Below are positions 1 through 17,278 of a stretch of 64,000 nucleotides of DNA, in pieces. A program made the position numbers and the translations under genes. The DNA lies in assembly GCF_009914755.1 (NCBI RefSeq), contig NC_060929.1, one strand, 5' to 3'. The notes below the pieces were generated by a model. It was not told the DNA's origin and ran no database searches. It worked only from the letters and a program-made list of their open reading frames with translations. The DNA is from the human T2T-CHM13v2.0 reference genome, Homo sapiens. The number at the start of each line of letters is the position of its first letter. Position 1 is the first letter of the stretch.

Positions 1-476
1 GTTCCTTCCTGATGGAACCCTGGGTTTTCAGCAGCTTCCGGGGCGGGGTGGGAGGGTCCTGAACTGCAGAGAGCGCCCTGGGCATGTGTACTTCCACCTC
101 CGCAGGCGCTGGCATCTCCAGGCAGCTTCAGGCCGCTTTGGAACTCACCGTCGGTAGCATCTGCGTCTTCTTGAGGGGACTGAAGACCGTCTGTGGTTTC
201 AGCCATTGACTCCTCAAAATGGGAGTCTGGAGGCCGTTTTTGGCCCCTCTCATCTCCGGGAAGGGCTCCGTGCCTGGTGGAGGCTCAGTGCAGCAGCCAG
301 CTCGCAGCAGAGCTCCCACAGAGCTGATGGCATTGACAGGAGTGGCGGCTCAGCACAGGGAAGTTATCCAGTGCCCAGGCCCAGACTTGCTCTCGGTTCA
401 GGTCCCATGGCATGTGGGGCTCTGGACCTGCCTGCCTCCAAGACAGCTCTTCCAGAGTTGATGGATGGAACTCCAT
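1..476 (-). pseudogene. ANXA2R-family intronless pseudogene, type X copy X1 (3' end runs off the window)
   Basis: ATG at 476 reads MEFHPSTLEELSWRQAGPEPHMPWDLNREQVWAWALDNFPVLSRHS...SWLLH* then ASTRHGALPGDERGQ...EESMAETTDGLQSPQEDADATDGEFQSGLKLPGDASAC. One premature TGA at 285-287. Aligns gap-free with recalled ANXA2R at PEP..P...E....W.L..[FY]PVL...S. TATAAAA at 566-572 (-). Confidence 0.75.
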
Positions 477-565
477 AGCCTCAGCCTCCCAAAGCTTGAC
501 CAGGTCCGGCCAAGTAGCTAGTCTAGGAAAAGAGCAAATGGCTCAATTCATCCCTGACTGTGGGT

Positions 566-572
566 TTTTATA
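566..572 (-). promoter_or_regulatory. TATA box of copy X1
   Basis: TATAAAA about 96 nt upstream of the ATG; same position in X5 (16246-16252) and X2 (4322-4328). Confidence 0.5.
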
Positions 573-3279
573 GCATTCTGTCTTGTACAGGAAGTCGGAT
601 ACCAGAATCCAATCATGTGGGGATTAACACTTATTACCTTGCTAATTGCTTTAAACCATGATAGGGTTGTGGTGGAAAGTTTATCATTCCAGAAGGCACT
701 ATTGAAACTCCTTGGGTTTCTATTGGATCAGGCTGTAATAGGGTGGGGCAGGGTGTGAGAGAATGGGTCCAGTTATTGGCAGTTTTCTTATTTCAATAAG
801 AAATTGGCAGTTTTCAGTATTTCACAATTTGATGAGATGTTAGATGTACATCTCATATAGAAATGCTTTATCAAATTAAGGGAATTTGCAATTTCTAATT
901 TGCTAAGATGACTTTTATATTAATGAAGCAGGGTTGAATTTTTTAAAAGATTTTTTGTATCTACTGAGATTATCGTATATTTTTTCTGCTGTTAATGTGG
1001 AGAATAATAGAGATTGATTTTCAAACGCCAAACCAAAGTTGAGTTCCTGATAAACTCCATTAGATTATGATGCATTTTTTTAAAGTATATTACTGGATTC
1101 AGAATGTTAACATATAGTTGATTTGGCCCTGTGGTTTGGGAAAGATATTGGATGATGAAAAAATTGAAGAGGGGGCACTGGAATGACGCACGAAAAGGTC
1201 GTATAAATACTTAAACTTGTTGGTATTTAAAAAGGACTTTCTATGTAGTTGTACCACTCAGTCAAAGACTGTTTAAATGTAGGGAACATGTCTCATTTGC
1301 AGCATATCGAGAGTCAAGATTGGCCTGAGTCATTCTATTTTTGAAGGTACTCTGAAACAAATTTTAATACAGAGTGAATTTTTGAGGATTCCAACAGCAG
1401 GGGAAAAACAGTGAAGTACATAAGGTGAGCAGAAAGGTATGTTTTAATGGCCTGGCTTCCCCCAAAAAACATTACTGAAATAAACACTCATGTGAGATTG
1501 CTTTATTCAAGAGTGCTGTCCTTAGGAAGTGGGAGTGAGAAGAAAAAGGAGAGGGTCAGGGATGAGCATATTCAATGCTGTGCTTCCTAGTTGTTCAAGC
1601 TTAGTATCAAGTATGACCAGAGGTGACTTTATTATTAAACCAATAAAGTTTAACTGTAAGGCAAACTTCCAAAGAGTTTGTAAAACATTTGTCTTAAAAC
1701 ATTTTTATAATTCTCTTAAACAGAATCCCCTACTACTTGTATGAACACTGACTCCACAAATTGGAAACCGCTGTGAACACTAATGGTTGTTTGATCTCAT
1801 GAAACCATCTTCTGAGAGGCCTTATGAATAACTGCTTCTCAGCACAGTTCACTTGGGAGGAAGAAAAGGACAGAATATATCCACTGTTGGGAGATAACAC
1901 AATTCTCACAACAAAAACCCCAGTGTACCAAACAGAAGAGGCAGGGAACACTAGCATTCAGTTGGTATTCACAGATTTTCATGCATTTAAGTTAGCATGA
2001 CAACTACAAAGTTAGGCCACATCTCATACATTTTCAGCAGAGCAGGGGGAAGCAGGATGAATTCCTTTCTCTCTTCAAAGAAACAGAGAACACCTTACAA
2101 TAGTATTTTGTCATCTGCTAAGAGACCCTCAGCTCATTCTGAAAGTACTTTTAAGAAACATTTACATATTATTATTTGTCCTGTGACCATGGATATATTG
2201 ATATATTGCAAAAACTTGAGATTCAATTTTATCTTCAGATGGACAAATCTAAATTCAAATGGTTCAACTATGGATTAAGACTCACCATATTAAATGTGAT
2301 ATTACTGGTCAATTTCTTTTATGGGTTTTAGGAAAAGAAAACACTCATATAGTATAAGCAGAAAACTATTATGGGATAAAATTCACTTAAAATATGATAA
2401 AAATGTGTAGACATAGATTTTAGACTGAATGTCAGGGAATGATTTTCTGAACCACATTGCAAACTGGCTCCCTAAAACAAGATGCTGTCAGAAATCAGTA
2501 AACACTAAATCAGACAGCAGCTGAACCACCCTGGGCTTCTCTCTTCAGAAACATGCCTCAAATATTAGACACTGGATCAATCCAAGTGTCTATAGGGAAT
2601 AAATGTATACAGTAATTATCATGATCTATTTTTGGAGGACAAATACTTAATCTATTTTTAAAAACAATCTGGCAATACTCCATAAAATTAGGTTATGCAT
2701 TTTCAATGCACAGTTCAGCTGGAGGATGATGTATATCCTAAATAAATTCTCATGAGAATGAGACTAATGTATGTGATATTGGTGATTAGGTTGCATCTGA
2801 GTCTCCCCTGTGGGACACTGGAGAGGGAACGTGTGGCAGAGGCTCATCAGAAGCTGATATGCTGAAGTTGGAAGCAGCAGGTAAAATGTTCCTATAAAAA
2901 TCTTAGAAACTTGTCAATAAATGGAAAATAATAAACAAGATACACACTCCAATACTTTTTGTAATAATTGAAAATCTACACAAAAAATGTGTCACATATA
3001 AGACTGATTGCTACAAAACACACAATAGAAATAAAAATAAAATAGCTGGAAATAAAATAGTAATAAGAATTTCAGTAGAAGTATGAAAGGAGATAAAAGA
3101 CAATAAGTAATAAAATGCACCTAATTACATAAAATAGGATTGGGGCCTGCACAAAGCACTATTAAAAATGTTAAGTCAATTCAGCTTATTATACCCTTAG
3201 GTATAAAAATCATAGCACCCTTGAGGTCTCCCTTTCATATAGTTAGATGAGTGTAGACACAAATAGAAAATATATGGCT

Positions 3280-3605
<326 letters not shown>

Positions 3606-3629
3606 TTACAAAAGTCCTGGGATGCTCCA

Positions 3630-3844
<215 letters not shown>

Positions 3845-4337
3845 TGAGATGCTTCTTTTCACAACCTAGCCTAGACTAATATTTTATTCATTACTCAATG
3901 TGATTGACATGCTGCAGGACCTGGATTCTGAATCCAGATTCTAGCAGAATTAGCTTTCTGATCTTGGACTATGATCTAACCTCATTGTGTCTCCTATCTA
4001 CAACCAGTCAATGCCTCTAAAATATGCAAGAAGAATGAGACATAGTAGGTGTAATTGTCTAGGGTGCCCTGAAATAAGGATACACTTTCTATAGTGAATG
4101 GACAGTGAGTAACTGGATCATGCCAGCAGTGGAACATCTCCATTGCTCTCTTTCCTTGGCTGATTCAATCATAGCAACCCAGCAGCGTTTTCAGAGTATC
4201 TTCCAGAATGATACAATTTTCACCTTAATCCTACTCTGAACTGATTTGCAAGGCAAATTAGTGTTAATCTCCTGCTTATTTGAATAGCTGGTTTCTGGCC
4301 TATATACAAGAAAAAGCATATTATAAAAACACACTCA

Positions 4338-4655
<318 letters not shown>

Positions 4656-5053
4656 GTACTAGCCTGAGTCATTTACCTCTTTTCCTAGTTCAGCTACATG
4701 GCTGGCCTCATCACAAGGCTGAACCCATGGAGTTCTGTCCACCAACCCTGGAAGAACAGTCTTGGAGGTAGGCAGGTCCAGAGTGCTTGTCACATGCCAC
4801 CAGGACAGGACCAAGAACAAACCTGTGCCTGGGCACTAGATCACTTGCTGTGCTGAACACCACTCCTGCCAATGCCCTTTGCTCTGTGAGGATGTAAAAT
4901 CAGGTGTGTGTGGGCTGCTGTTTTGGGTTTCCAGCAGGCTCAGAGCTGTTCTCAGACTCAAGAGGGACCCAATCGCCATCAAAACCCACATGTCCAGAAG
5001 TCAGTGGCTGAAACCACAAAGTAGCTCCAGTCGCTTTAAGACAAGATGGATTA

Positions 5054-5512
<459 letters not shown>

Positions 5513-5525
5513 TCATTACTCACAG

Positions 5526-6098
5526 TGAGATAGGAGTTTGGCAGGACTAGTTTCTCAAGACAAACAGGATGCTAGGTCCCCAAGACACAGGTCACAGTAC
5601 CCGGTACAAGATTCCTTAAAAAAAATTTAAAAATTGTTTTAAAAAAGCCCAAACCAGCTAGAAGGAAAATGGCATAAAAGCTACCTCTGGTTACCTTCAT
5701 TGCTCGTTATATGCTAATTATTATGCATTGGCATGCTAAAAGACTACCACCAGAGCAATGACTGTTTATAAGTGCCATGGCAATCCCCAAGAGTTACTCT
5801 GTATCTTCTGTAAGGTAGATAAACCCCCGGTCCACAAGCTCCTGCCTCTTTCCCAGATAACTAAAGAAATAGTCGACCCCTCATTTAGCATATAATCAAG
5901 AAATAGCCATAAAATAGCCAGCTAGCTGCCCTGTCCCTTGGTGCTACCCTGACTACGGGGGTAGCCTTCTTTTTGTTTCCTTAATACACTTGCTTTCACA
6001 TTACTCTTTTGGCTTGCTCTTGAATTCTTTCTGGTACAAGCAAAGTATCCACTTGGCTTCCCTGGCTGAATGCCAATTCTGGGGGTATCCTTGCATCA
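5526..6098 (+). mobile_element. ERV1 solo LTR (MER41/LTR19 group)
   Basis: TG...CA ends, 4-bp TSD ACAG, MER41-like core tatatgctaattattatgcattggcatgctaaaagac; also present in A' at 11184-11772. Confidence 0.8.
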
Positions 6099-6212
6099 AC
6101 AGCACCACTGCCTTCAACCAATGCCCTGGAAGGAGCTCCTCACACCCCAGTGGGGACCCTCATGATGTTATTGTAAACTTGCTTGGGACTCTGCCTTCTA
6201 GATAGAGGCAAC

Positions 6213-6333
6213 AGGAGCAAGAAGTTTCTATGTTGGAGATCATTCCTTGTTTAGTTCTTCCTCTCCAAAGTACTAGGAGCAAGAAGTCTATGATGGAGAT
6301 CATTCCTTATTTAGTTCTTCTTCTCCAAAGTAC
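6213..6333 (+). repeat. Tandem duplication of about 60 bp
   Basis: aggagcaagaagt(t)ctatg.tggagatcattcctt.tttagttcttc.tctccaaagtac occurs twice; single in A'. Confidence 0.85.
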
Positions 6334-6509
6334 CTCAAAGATTTCCAAATTATAAAAACTATCTTTGTGTAATCAAGAATATGCTAAGGAACTTTACTTC
6401 TAGATAGACTCAGAATTCATGGTAGATGGTAAATTTTGTTATATGTATTTTACCACAATAAAAATAAATAGAAAATAAAAGACAAGAAGGAAATGAAAGA
6501 ATTGAGTGA

Positions 6510-7060
6510 CTACCACTGCCCTGCTTCTCACTAACATCCCAAGTTGTCTTTGAGGACACACCTCTCCTCAAGCTTTTCTCTGCCTGGAGAACAAGATTGC
6601 AGTCTCTGCTCCAGGACTAGCAATGTGGTTTGGGGCAATAATAAACTATTAACCAGGGTTCCTCAAAAGAGCTTTCCCTCCACAGGTTAAGGAGTACCTT
6701 TTCTTTTTATCACTTAAACCACCCTATCACAGATTGAGTTTCGTCTAAGATGTTAGGGTTTTATGTTAATACCAGTAATTCCATCTTCTGTTACAATTTG
6801 CTTCTAGAATTAATATCACCACTATGCTTCCTATGATCTGATTAGGACCAGGCACTTGGCCAGAAAAGTGTAAAAACTCAAAAGCTGATGTCTCCTGCTG
6901 TGAGACTGGATGAAACACCTTTTCCCTTGTGTTCAGGAGCCCTTGGATTACACAATTCCATATTGCTTTCAGATTGGCCAGCCCAGAGGAAATCTTAGCA
7001 GATAATCTAACCTGGGTGTTGCACACAGAGGCCACCCTGAGGGAGCCAAAGCCAGGGCTG
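6510..7060 (+). pseudogene. ANXA2R-family type R relic R1 (upstream block plus truncated CDS from ATG 6910)
   Basis: Upstream about 400 nt homologous to 42520-43250 and 44446-44867. ATG gives MKHLFPCVQEPLDYT versus MKQHFPSGVQQAWDST in R3. TATA degenerated to TGTAAAA. Confidence 0.65.
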
Positions 7061-7172
7061 CATTCATAGTCCCTTTATCCCCTAGACCTTCAAAAGGTTT
7101 CAAATTGAAATCACGATCATGTCATCTAAGATAACAATTAATTTCTCTTTACAATTAATTGCCATTCAGGGA

Positions 7173-7370
7173 TGTTGTGGTTTGAATATTTGTCCCTTCT
7201 GAAACTCATGTTGAAACTTAATCCCCAATGTAGCAATATTGAGAGGTAGGGCCTTTAAGCAGTGATTGGGTCTTGAGGGCTCTGCCCGTTTGATGTCTTA
7301 ATCCATTTATGGATTAACGGTTAATTGGTTAATGGAATAATGGGTTATCAGAGGATTGGGATTGTGGTTT
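7173..7370 (+). mobile_element. MaLR LTR fragment (MSTD/MLT1A-like)
   Basis: tg..gtggtttgaat...ctcatgttgaaacttaatccccaatg...gggcctttaag...tgattggg. Confidence 0.7.
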
Positions 7371-7924
7371 TATTTTTTTTTAAGTAGATTTTGAGACTTC
7401 AGAACAGAAAATGAGGATGATAAGATGGGAAGCCCCCTCCATATCCAAACCACAAAAACACTCTAACTCATCTTTCACCATCTGCTTATTTTTTATGACA
7501 TGGATAATTGACATGTAATTAGTCTAATAATGAGTGCAAAGCAAACACAGCTCTAGTTCCACGTTCCAATAAGATGCAACATCTAAGCTTCTCTATACTG
7601 ATACTTAGAACTGCCACTATGTGAAAAGATTGATGTAATCACAGCTAGACTAGATTAATGCTGTCATCTAGTTTATGGGTTTTGATTTCTAACATTTGAG
7701 GGGACAGAAAAGTGTAAAAGTCCCAAGTGTATTCTCTACTGCATGTTTTTCATCTCTGCCCAAGGATTTTGGTGTAAAGGCTGGAAACCTTTACACCAAA
7801 TCTTTACACTAAAGTTGTGAAGACACATAAATCTTTCTCCTGGGATGCCCACAAGAAGGAATGAGTCTTAGTTGCTGCAGGACCTGAGATGGGCAGAGAT
7901 TATGAGAGCCTCCCATACACTTGG

Positions 7925-8265
7925 TGTTCTGCACTGAATTGTGTTCCCCCAAAATTCATGATAATTTTGATTAACTAATCTCCAAGTGATGGTATTTGGA
8001 GATGGGGCCTTTGGGAGACAATTAAGTTTAGATGAGGTCATGAGGGTTGGGGTTTCATAATGGGATTAGTGCCCTTATGAGAAGAGGAAGAGATACCAGG
8101 TCCCTCTCCTTCTCTCCCTTTCTTCTCTTGCCCCTCTACCCACTTCTCTCTCTCCTTCTGTGCCATGTGAGAACACAGCTACAACATGGCCATTGGCATG
8201 ACAGGAAGACAGCCCTCACCAGGAGCTGAATCACTGGCGCTTTCATCTTGGACTTCCAGATCCTG
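7925..8265 (+). mobile_element. MaLR LTR (MLT1A/B-like); inverted copy at about 20835-21170
   Basis: tgaattgtgttccccccaaaattcat...ggtatttggagatggggcctttgg...ctcaccagga...catcttggacttccag. Confidence 0.75.
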
Positions 8266-8409
8266 GGCAAGACTCACCAAGGCAGACATCTGTAGCTGCC
8301 TGGAATTGTCTGATCTGGAGTTGATGCTCTGGAACCCTGTGGTTGTTAACTCAGAAGGCACAAGGCTAGGGATCTTCTTTCAGTCCCCGTTAGTCTATCC
8401 CCACTCTTC

Positions 8410-9740
<1,331 letters not shown>

Positions 9741-9796
9741 CCAAGTGAGGCGGTCCTCCACTCTTCGTTACAATGTAACATTTAAACCATTTAAAG

Positions 9797-10127
9797 CAGA
9801 GATCCGCAACGTTTTTGGCACCAGGGACCAGTTTAGTGGAATACAATTTTTCTACGGATGGAGAGGGGTGTGGGGATGGTTTCGGGATGAAGGTGTTAGA
9901 AATCAAATAATCAGGCACGCAATAGATTCTCAAAAGGAGAGCAAAAGCTAGTCTTGGTCCTGCGCATGCGCAGTTCACAATAGGGTTCGCACTCCTGTGA
10001 GAATTTAATGCAGCAGATCTGACGCTAGGCGGAGCTCAGCCAGTAACGCTCGCTTGCCCACTGCTCAGCTCCTGCTTTGGGGCCGGGTTCCTAACCGGTC
10101 CGTGGTGGGGGGGATTGGGGACCCCTG
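9797..10127 (+). mobile_element. MER1B (hAT-Charlie) DNA transposon
   Basis: TIRs CAG..TCC.CAAC / TTGGGGACCCCTG; 8-bp TSD ATTTAAAG. Confidence 0.9.
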
Positions 10128-10602
10128 ATTTAAAGAACAGTGCTAATGCCTGTTTTCTGCCTTTATTTGGAGGGCCACAGTCAGTTTCAAAGCAACTCCA
10201 GCATATGATCCACCCAGCTGTCCCCTCCCACCCTGTTAGTATCCACAGCTCCTCAAAGGCCCCTGGAATTTAGACTAAAGCCTGATCACGCCACTGCACA
10301 CCGGCCTAGGCGACCCAGCGAGACCCCCATCTTAAATAATAATAAGACTCAAAAGAAAAAGAAAAAGCTCTGAGCTAGGTCCCTGCCCCCTTTCTGTCTG
10401 CTTCAGGCCCATCTATACCAACCTTGATTTACTAGTTTTGATTCCACAGTTGGAGAATAAGGGAAAGGCTTTAATCAATGTGTACAGTTTCGATGGAAGA
10501 ACCATCACAATTTTGAGTAGATCTAAAAGAAAAGTTCCTTAGCACATTGCATATTATTCACTACATGAAGAGAGTTTTTCTAAATAAAAATGTTTAGGAC
10601 AT

Positions 10603-10872
10603 TCAGGAGAGGAAGAACAAATTATGGAATGATCTCCACAGCAAAGACCTCAAGGCTCTTATGCGTGCAGGGCACAGTTCCAGTGCAAAAGTCCCCAGAG
10701 ACAGCATGAGGGTTCCCACTGAGGTGCCTCGGGCTCCTTCCAGGGCAGCAGTTGAAGCAGGTCCTACTGCAGGCCTGCAGAAAGGCAGGGGTTTCTCTCC
10801 TTTCCGGGTTCCTTCTTGATGGAATCGTCGGTTTTCAGCAGCTTCCGGGGACAGCCTGGACCGCAGAGAGCA
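10603..10872 (-). pseudogene. ANXA2R-family type X copy X3 (3' fragment only)
   Basis: Homologous to 1-75 and 16750-17010; 5' part lost at the B/A' junction near 10872. Confidence 0.7.
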
Positions 10873-11099
10873 GTCCTGACTCCACACAGGTGGAGAATAA
10901 GGAACAGGCTTCAATTGTCATGTACAAAGAACTATGAATTCTGAGTTGATCTAAAAGTAAAGCCCCTTAGCATATTCTTGATTACATATAAATCAAAGTT
11001 GTATAATTGAGAAAACTTTAAGGCACTTTGGAGAGGAAGAACTATATAAGGAATTATCTCCATCATAGAGACTTCTTGTTCCTAGATGAACAGTCCCAA

Positions 11100-12274
11100 G
11101 GAAGTTTACAATAACATAATGAGGGTCTCCACTGGGGTGTGAGGAGCTCCTTCCGGGGAATTGGCTGAAGGCAGTGGTGCTGTTGATGCAAGGATACCCC
11201 TAAAATTGGAGTTTAGCCTGGGAGACCAAGTAGATACTTGACTTTGAGCCAGAAAGAATTCAAGAGCAAGCCAACAGAGTAATGTGAAAGCAAGTTTATT
11301 AAGGAAACTAAGGAACAAAAAGGAGGCTACCCCATAGTCAGGGTAGCAATGGGGCCAGGGTGGCTAGCTGGCTATTTTATGGCTATTTCTGGATTATATG
11401 CTAAACAAGGGGTCAATTATTTCTTTAGTTATCTGGGAAAGGGGTGGGAGCTTGTGGAACCAGGAGTTTCTCCCCCTTACAGAATATACAGAGTAACTCT
11501 TGGGCATTGCAATGGCATTTGTAAACAGTCACAGTGATTGCTCGGGTGTTAGTGTCTTTTAGCATCCCAATGCATAATAATGAGCATATAATGAGCAACG
11601 AGGGTAACCAGAGGTTGCTTATGTAGCCATCTTCCTTCTAACTGGTTTGGGCTTTTTTTTTTTTTTTTTTTTAAAGGAATCATGTCTTATCAAGAGGGTA
11701 TTGTGACCTGTGTCTTGGGGACCTAGCCTCCTGTTTGTCTTGCAAAACTAGTCCTGCCAAACTCCTATCTCACTGTGAGCCAGGAGCAACAAAAGGTTTG
11801 TACCCCCCTCCCCTTCCTGGGTTGCTCTGTATTTCAAGCCCTGATTGTGAGTAGTTTATGAAGGCATCCTCAGTATGTGTCTGTTCAGCTCCACAAGCGT
11901 TGGCATCTCCTGGCTGGTTTGGGACCATTGAACCCTGCCATTGGTAGAATCCATCTTTCTTTAAGGTGACTGGAGCTCCTTTGTGGTTTCAGCCACTGAC
12001 TCCTGGACATGTGGGTTTTGATGGCCATTGGACCCCTCTTGAGCCTGGGAACAGCTCCGTGCCTGCTGGAAACCCAGCACAGCAGCCCACACATACCTGA
12101 TTTTACATCCTCACAGAGCTAAGGGCATTGGCAGGCATGGTGGCTCAACACAGCAAGTGATCTAGTGCCCAGCCTCAGGTTTGTTCACGGTCCTGACCTG
12201 GTGGCATATGACATGCACTCTGGACCTGCTTACCTCCAGGACTGTTCTTCCAGGTTTAATGGACAGAACTCCAT
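11100..12274 (-). pseudogene. ANXA2R-family type X copy X4 (sister of X2)
   Basis: ATG at 12274 gives MEFCPLNLEEQSWR*, with the stop at the same codon as X2; same solo LTR insertion. Confidence 0.72.
11184..11772 (-). mobile_element. ERV1 solo LTR (MER41/LTR19 group), duplicated copy
   Basis: Reverse complement of 5526-6098 with TSD CTGT. Confidence 0.8.
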
Positions 12275-13764
12275 GGGTTCAGTCTTGTGACAAGGCCAGC
12301 AATATAGTTGAGATAGGAAAAGAGGTAAATAACACTGGCTAGTACTGAGTGTCTGTTTTTACAGTATGTTTTGTCTTGTATATAGGCCAGAAACCAGCTA
12401 TTCAAATAAGCAGGGGATTAACACTAATTTGCCTTGCAAATTGGTTCAGAACCTGATAGGATTAAGGTGAAAATTGTATCATTCTGGAAGATACTCTGAA
12501 AACGCTTCTGGGTTGCTATGATTGAATCAGCCAAGGAAAGGGAGCAATGGAGATGTCCCACTGGTGGCACGAACCAGTTACTTACTGTCTATTCACTACA
12601 CAAAGTGTGTCCTTATTGCAGAGCAGCCTAGACAATTACACCTACTATGTCTCATTCTTCTTGCATATTTTAGAGGCATTGAGCAGTTGTAGATAGGAGA
12701 CACAATGAGGTTAGATCATAGTCCAAGATCAGAAAGCTAATTCTGCTAGAATCTGGATTCAGAGTCCAGGTCCTGCAGCATACCAATCACATAGAGTAAT
12801 GAATAAAATAGGCTAGGTTGTGAAAAGGAGCATCCCAGGACTTTCTTAAATCCATACATTTTCTTTTTTTGTCTACACTCATCTAACTACATGAAAGGGA
12901 GACCTCAAAGGTGCGATGATTTTTATACCTAAGGAGAAAATAAGTTTAATTGATGTAACATTTTCAACAGTGTTTTGTGCAGGCCTTGATCCTATTTTAT
13001 GTAATTAGGTGCATTCTGTCAGTTATTCGTTTTTATCTCTTTTCCTACTTCTACTGAGATTCTTCTTATTAGTAACTACTTTACTTCTAGCTATTTTATT
13101 TTTATTTCTATTGTGTGTTTTGTAGCAATCAGTCTTATATGCGACACAATTTTATGTATATATATTTTTAATTCTTCCAAAAAGTATTGGGTGTATATCT
13201 TATTTCATTTATTATTTTTCGCTTATTGGCATATTTCTAAGATTTTTATAGGTACACTTCATTTGCTGCTTCCAACTTCAACATATCAGCTTCTAATGAG
13301 CCTCTGCCAGACTTTCCCTCTCCAGTGTCCCACAGGGGGCACTCAGATGCCACCTAATCAACAATATTTCGTATGTTAGTCTCATTCTCATGAGAGAATT
13401 TATTTAGGATATACATCGTCCTTCAGCAAAATTATTCATCGAAAATGCATAACCTAATTTTATGGAGTATTGCCAGATTGTTCTTTAAATGAATGAAACA
13501 TTTGTCCTCCAAAAATAGTCCATGAGAATTACTGTATACATTTATTCCCTACGGATACTTGGATTGACCCAACCATCTAATATTTGCTGCGTGTTTCTGA
13601 AGGGAGAAGCCTGCGGTGGTTTAGCAGCTGTCTGATTCAGTGTTTACTGATTTCTGACAGTATCTTCTTTTAGGGAGCCAATTTGCAATGTGGTTCAGAA
13701 AAATCATTCCCTGACACTCAGTCTAAAATCTGTGTCTACACTTTTCTATCAGATTTTTTTTTCA

Positions 13765-14403
<639 letters not shown>

Positions 14404-16245
14404 CCTAGATTTTAATGATGTTTATACCATAATAAATCTTTTTATGCTTATACTATTTGAGAGTGTTTTGTTTCTTTTCCTAAAAGCCATAAAAGAAATA
14501 CAACAGTAACATCACACTTAATATGGTTACTCTGAATCCGGAGTTGAACTATTGGAATTTAGATTAGTCCCTCTAAAGATAAAGCTGAATCTCCAGTTTA
14601 TACAATGTAGTAATTTATCCAAGGTCATGGGACAAATATGTACATGTTTCTTAAAAGTACCTCCTGAATGAGCTGAGGTTCTCTCAGAAGATAGCAAGAT
14701 ATTATTGTAAGGTGTTCTCTCTTTCTTTGAAAAGAGAAAGGAATTCATCATGCTTCCCCCTGCTCTGCTGAAAATATATGAGATGTGGCCTAACTTTGTA
14801 GTTGTCAGGCTACCTTACAGGCATGTAAATATGCGAATGCCAACTCAATACTAGTGTGCCCTCTCTCTTCTATTTGGTACACAGCAGTCTTTTGTTGTGA
14901 GAATTGTGTTATTTCACCAACAGTGGATATATTCCATTCTTTTCTTCCTCCTAAGTGGACTGTGCCGAGAAGCAGTTATTCATAAGGCCTCTCAGAAGAT
15001 GGTTTCATGAGATCAAACAACCATTGTTGTTCAGAGCAGCTTCAAATTTGTGGAGTCAATGTTCATACAGCTAGTAGGGGAATCTCTTTGAGAAAATTAG
15101 AAAAATGTTTTAGGTCAAAAGTTTTACAAACTCTTTGGAAGTTTGCCTTACAGTTAAACTTTATTGGTTTAATAATAAAGTCACCTCTGGTCATACTTGA
15201 TACCAAGCTTGGGCTACTAGGAAGCACAGCATTGAATATGCTCATCCCTGACCCTCTCCTCTTTCTTCTCACTCCCACTTTCTAAGGACAGCACTCTTGA
15301 ATAAAGCAATCTCACATGAGTGTTTATTTCAGTGATGTTTCTGGGGGAAGCCAGGCCATTAAAATATGCCTCTCTGCTCACCTCATGTACCTCACTGTTT
15401 TTCCCCTGCTGTTGGAATCCTCAAAAATTCACTCTGTATTAACATTTATTTCAGAGTACCTTCAAAAATAGAATGATTCAAGCCAATCTTGACTCTTGAA
15501 ATGGCACATGAGACATGTTCCCTATATTTGAAAAGTCTTTGACTGAGTGGGACAACTACATAGATAGAAAGGCCTTTTTAAATATCAACAAGTTAAGTTT
15601 TTTAATGCCCATTTCATGCATCACGCTAGCGCCCCCTCCTCAATTTTTCCATCAGCCAATATCTCTCCCAATCACAGGGCAAAATTATAAACAATATGTT
15701 AGAATTCTGAATCCAGTAATATACTTTTAAAAAATGCATCATAATCTAATTGAGTTTATTGGGAGCTCAACATGGGTTTGGAATTTGAAAAATCAATCTC
15801 TAATCTCCACATTAACATCAGAAAAAATAAAAGATTTTTCAGTAGATACAAAAAAATCTTTTTAAAAATCAACCCTGCTTCATTATTAATATGAAAGTCA
15901 TATTAGCAAATTTGAAACAGTGAATTCCCTTAATTTGATAAAACTTATCTATTAGAGATGCACACCTAACATCTCACTGAATTGTGAAATATTGAAATAT
16001 TAAAATCTGCCAATTTCTTATTGAAATAAGAAACTGCCAATCAGTGGACTCATTCTCTCACCCCCCTGCCCCACCCTATTACTGCTTGATCCAGTAAAAA
16101 CCCAAGGACTTTAAATAGTGCCTTGCAGAATGATAAAATTTTTACCATAACCTTATCACAGTCTGAAGCAATTAGCAAGGTGAATAAGTGTTAATCTCCA
16201 CATGATTGGATTTTGGTATACGACTTCCTGTACAAGACAGAATGC

Positions 16246-16252
16246 TATAAAA
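16246..16252 (+). promoter_or_regulatory. TATA box of copy X5
   Basis: TATAAAA 94 nt upstream of ATG 16340. Confidence 0.5.
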
Positions 16253-16339
16253 GCCCACAGTCAGCGATGGACTGCGCCATTTGCTCTTTTCCTAGACTAG
16301 CTATGGCTGGGCCTAGTCAAGTCTTTCCAGGAAGAGGCT

Positions 16340-16723
16340 ATGAAGTTCCAACCATCAACCTTGGAAGAGCTGTCTTGGAGGCAGGCAGGTCCAGAGCCCC
16401 ACACGCCATGGGACCTGAACCAAGAGCAAGCCTGGGCCTGGGCGCTGGATAACTTCCCTGTGCAGAGCCGCCACTCCTGCCAATGCCATCAGCTCTACGG
16501 GAGCTCTGCTCCGGGCTGGCTGCTGCACTGCGATTCCACCGGGCACGCAGCCCTGCCCGGAGATGAGAGGGGCCAAAAACAGCCTCGAGACTCTCATGTC
16601 GATGAGTCAATGGCTGAAACCACAGACGGGCTCCAGTCCCCTCAAGAAGACACAGATGCTACCGACGGTGAGATCCAAAGCGGCCTGAAGCTGTCTGGAG
16701 ATGCCAGCGCCTGTGGAGGTTGA
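16340..16723 (+). pseudogene. ANXA2R-family type X copy X5: open 127-codon ORF, C-terminally truncated by GGA>TGA (possibly still coding)
   Basis: True ATG. Aligns gap-free with recalled ANXA2R over about 110 aa. Homology continues past the stop to about 16990. Confidence 0.72.
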
Positions 16724-17247
16724 AGTACACACGCCCAGGGCACCCGCTGCAGCCCAGGCCGCCTCCGGCAGCTGCTGAAAACCTAGGATTCCATCAGGAA
16801 GGAACCCGGAAAGGAGAGGAACCCCAGCCTTTCTGCAGGCCTGCAGCACGACCTGCTTCAACTGCTGCCCTGGAAGGAGTCCGAGGCACTCCAATGGGGA
16901 CCCTCATGCTGTCCCTGTGGACATTTGCACTGGAACTGTGCCTGCACTCATAACAGCCTTGATGTCTGTGTTGTGGAGATCTTTCCTTAATTTGTTTTTC
17001 CTCTCCTGAGCGTCCTAAACATTTTTCATTTAGAACAACTCTCTTCATGGAATGAATAATATGCAATGTGCTAAGGAACTCTTCTTTCAGATGTATTCAA
17101 AATTGCTGTGGTTCTTCCATAGAAACTGTACACATTGATTAAATCCTTTCCCTATTCTCCACCCGTGAAATTGATTTTGAGCTGGTAAATCAAGATTGGT
17201 ATAGATGGGCCTGAAGCAGACAGAAAGGGGACAGGGACGCAGCTCAG

Positions 17248-17278
<31 letters not shown>

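Noticed and set aside
16280-16295. ctcttttcctag before the X-type ATGs as a splice acceptor
   Set aside because: A conserved TATAAAA 30-40 nt upstream fits a transcription start better, and no upstream exon was identified. Not excluded.
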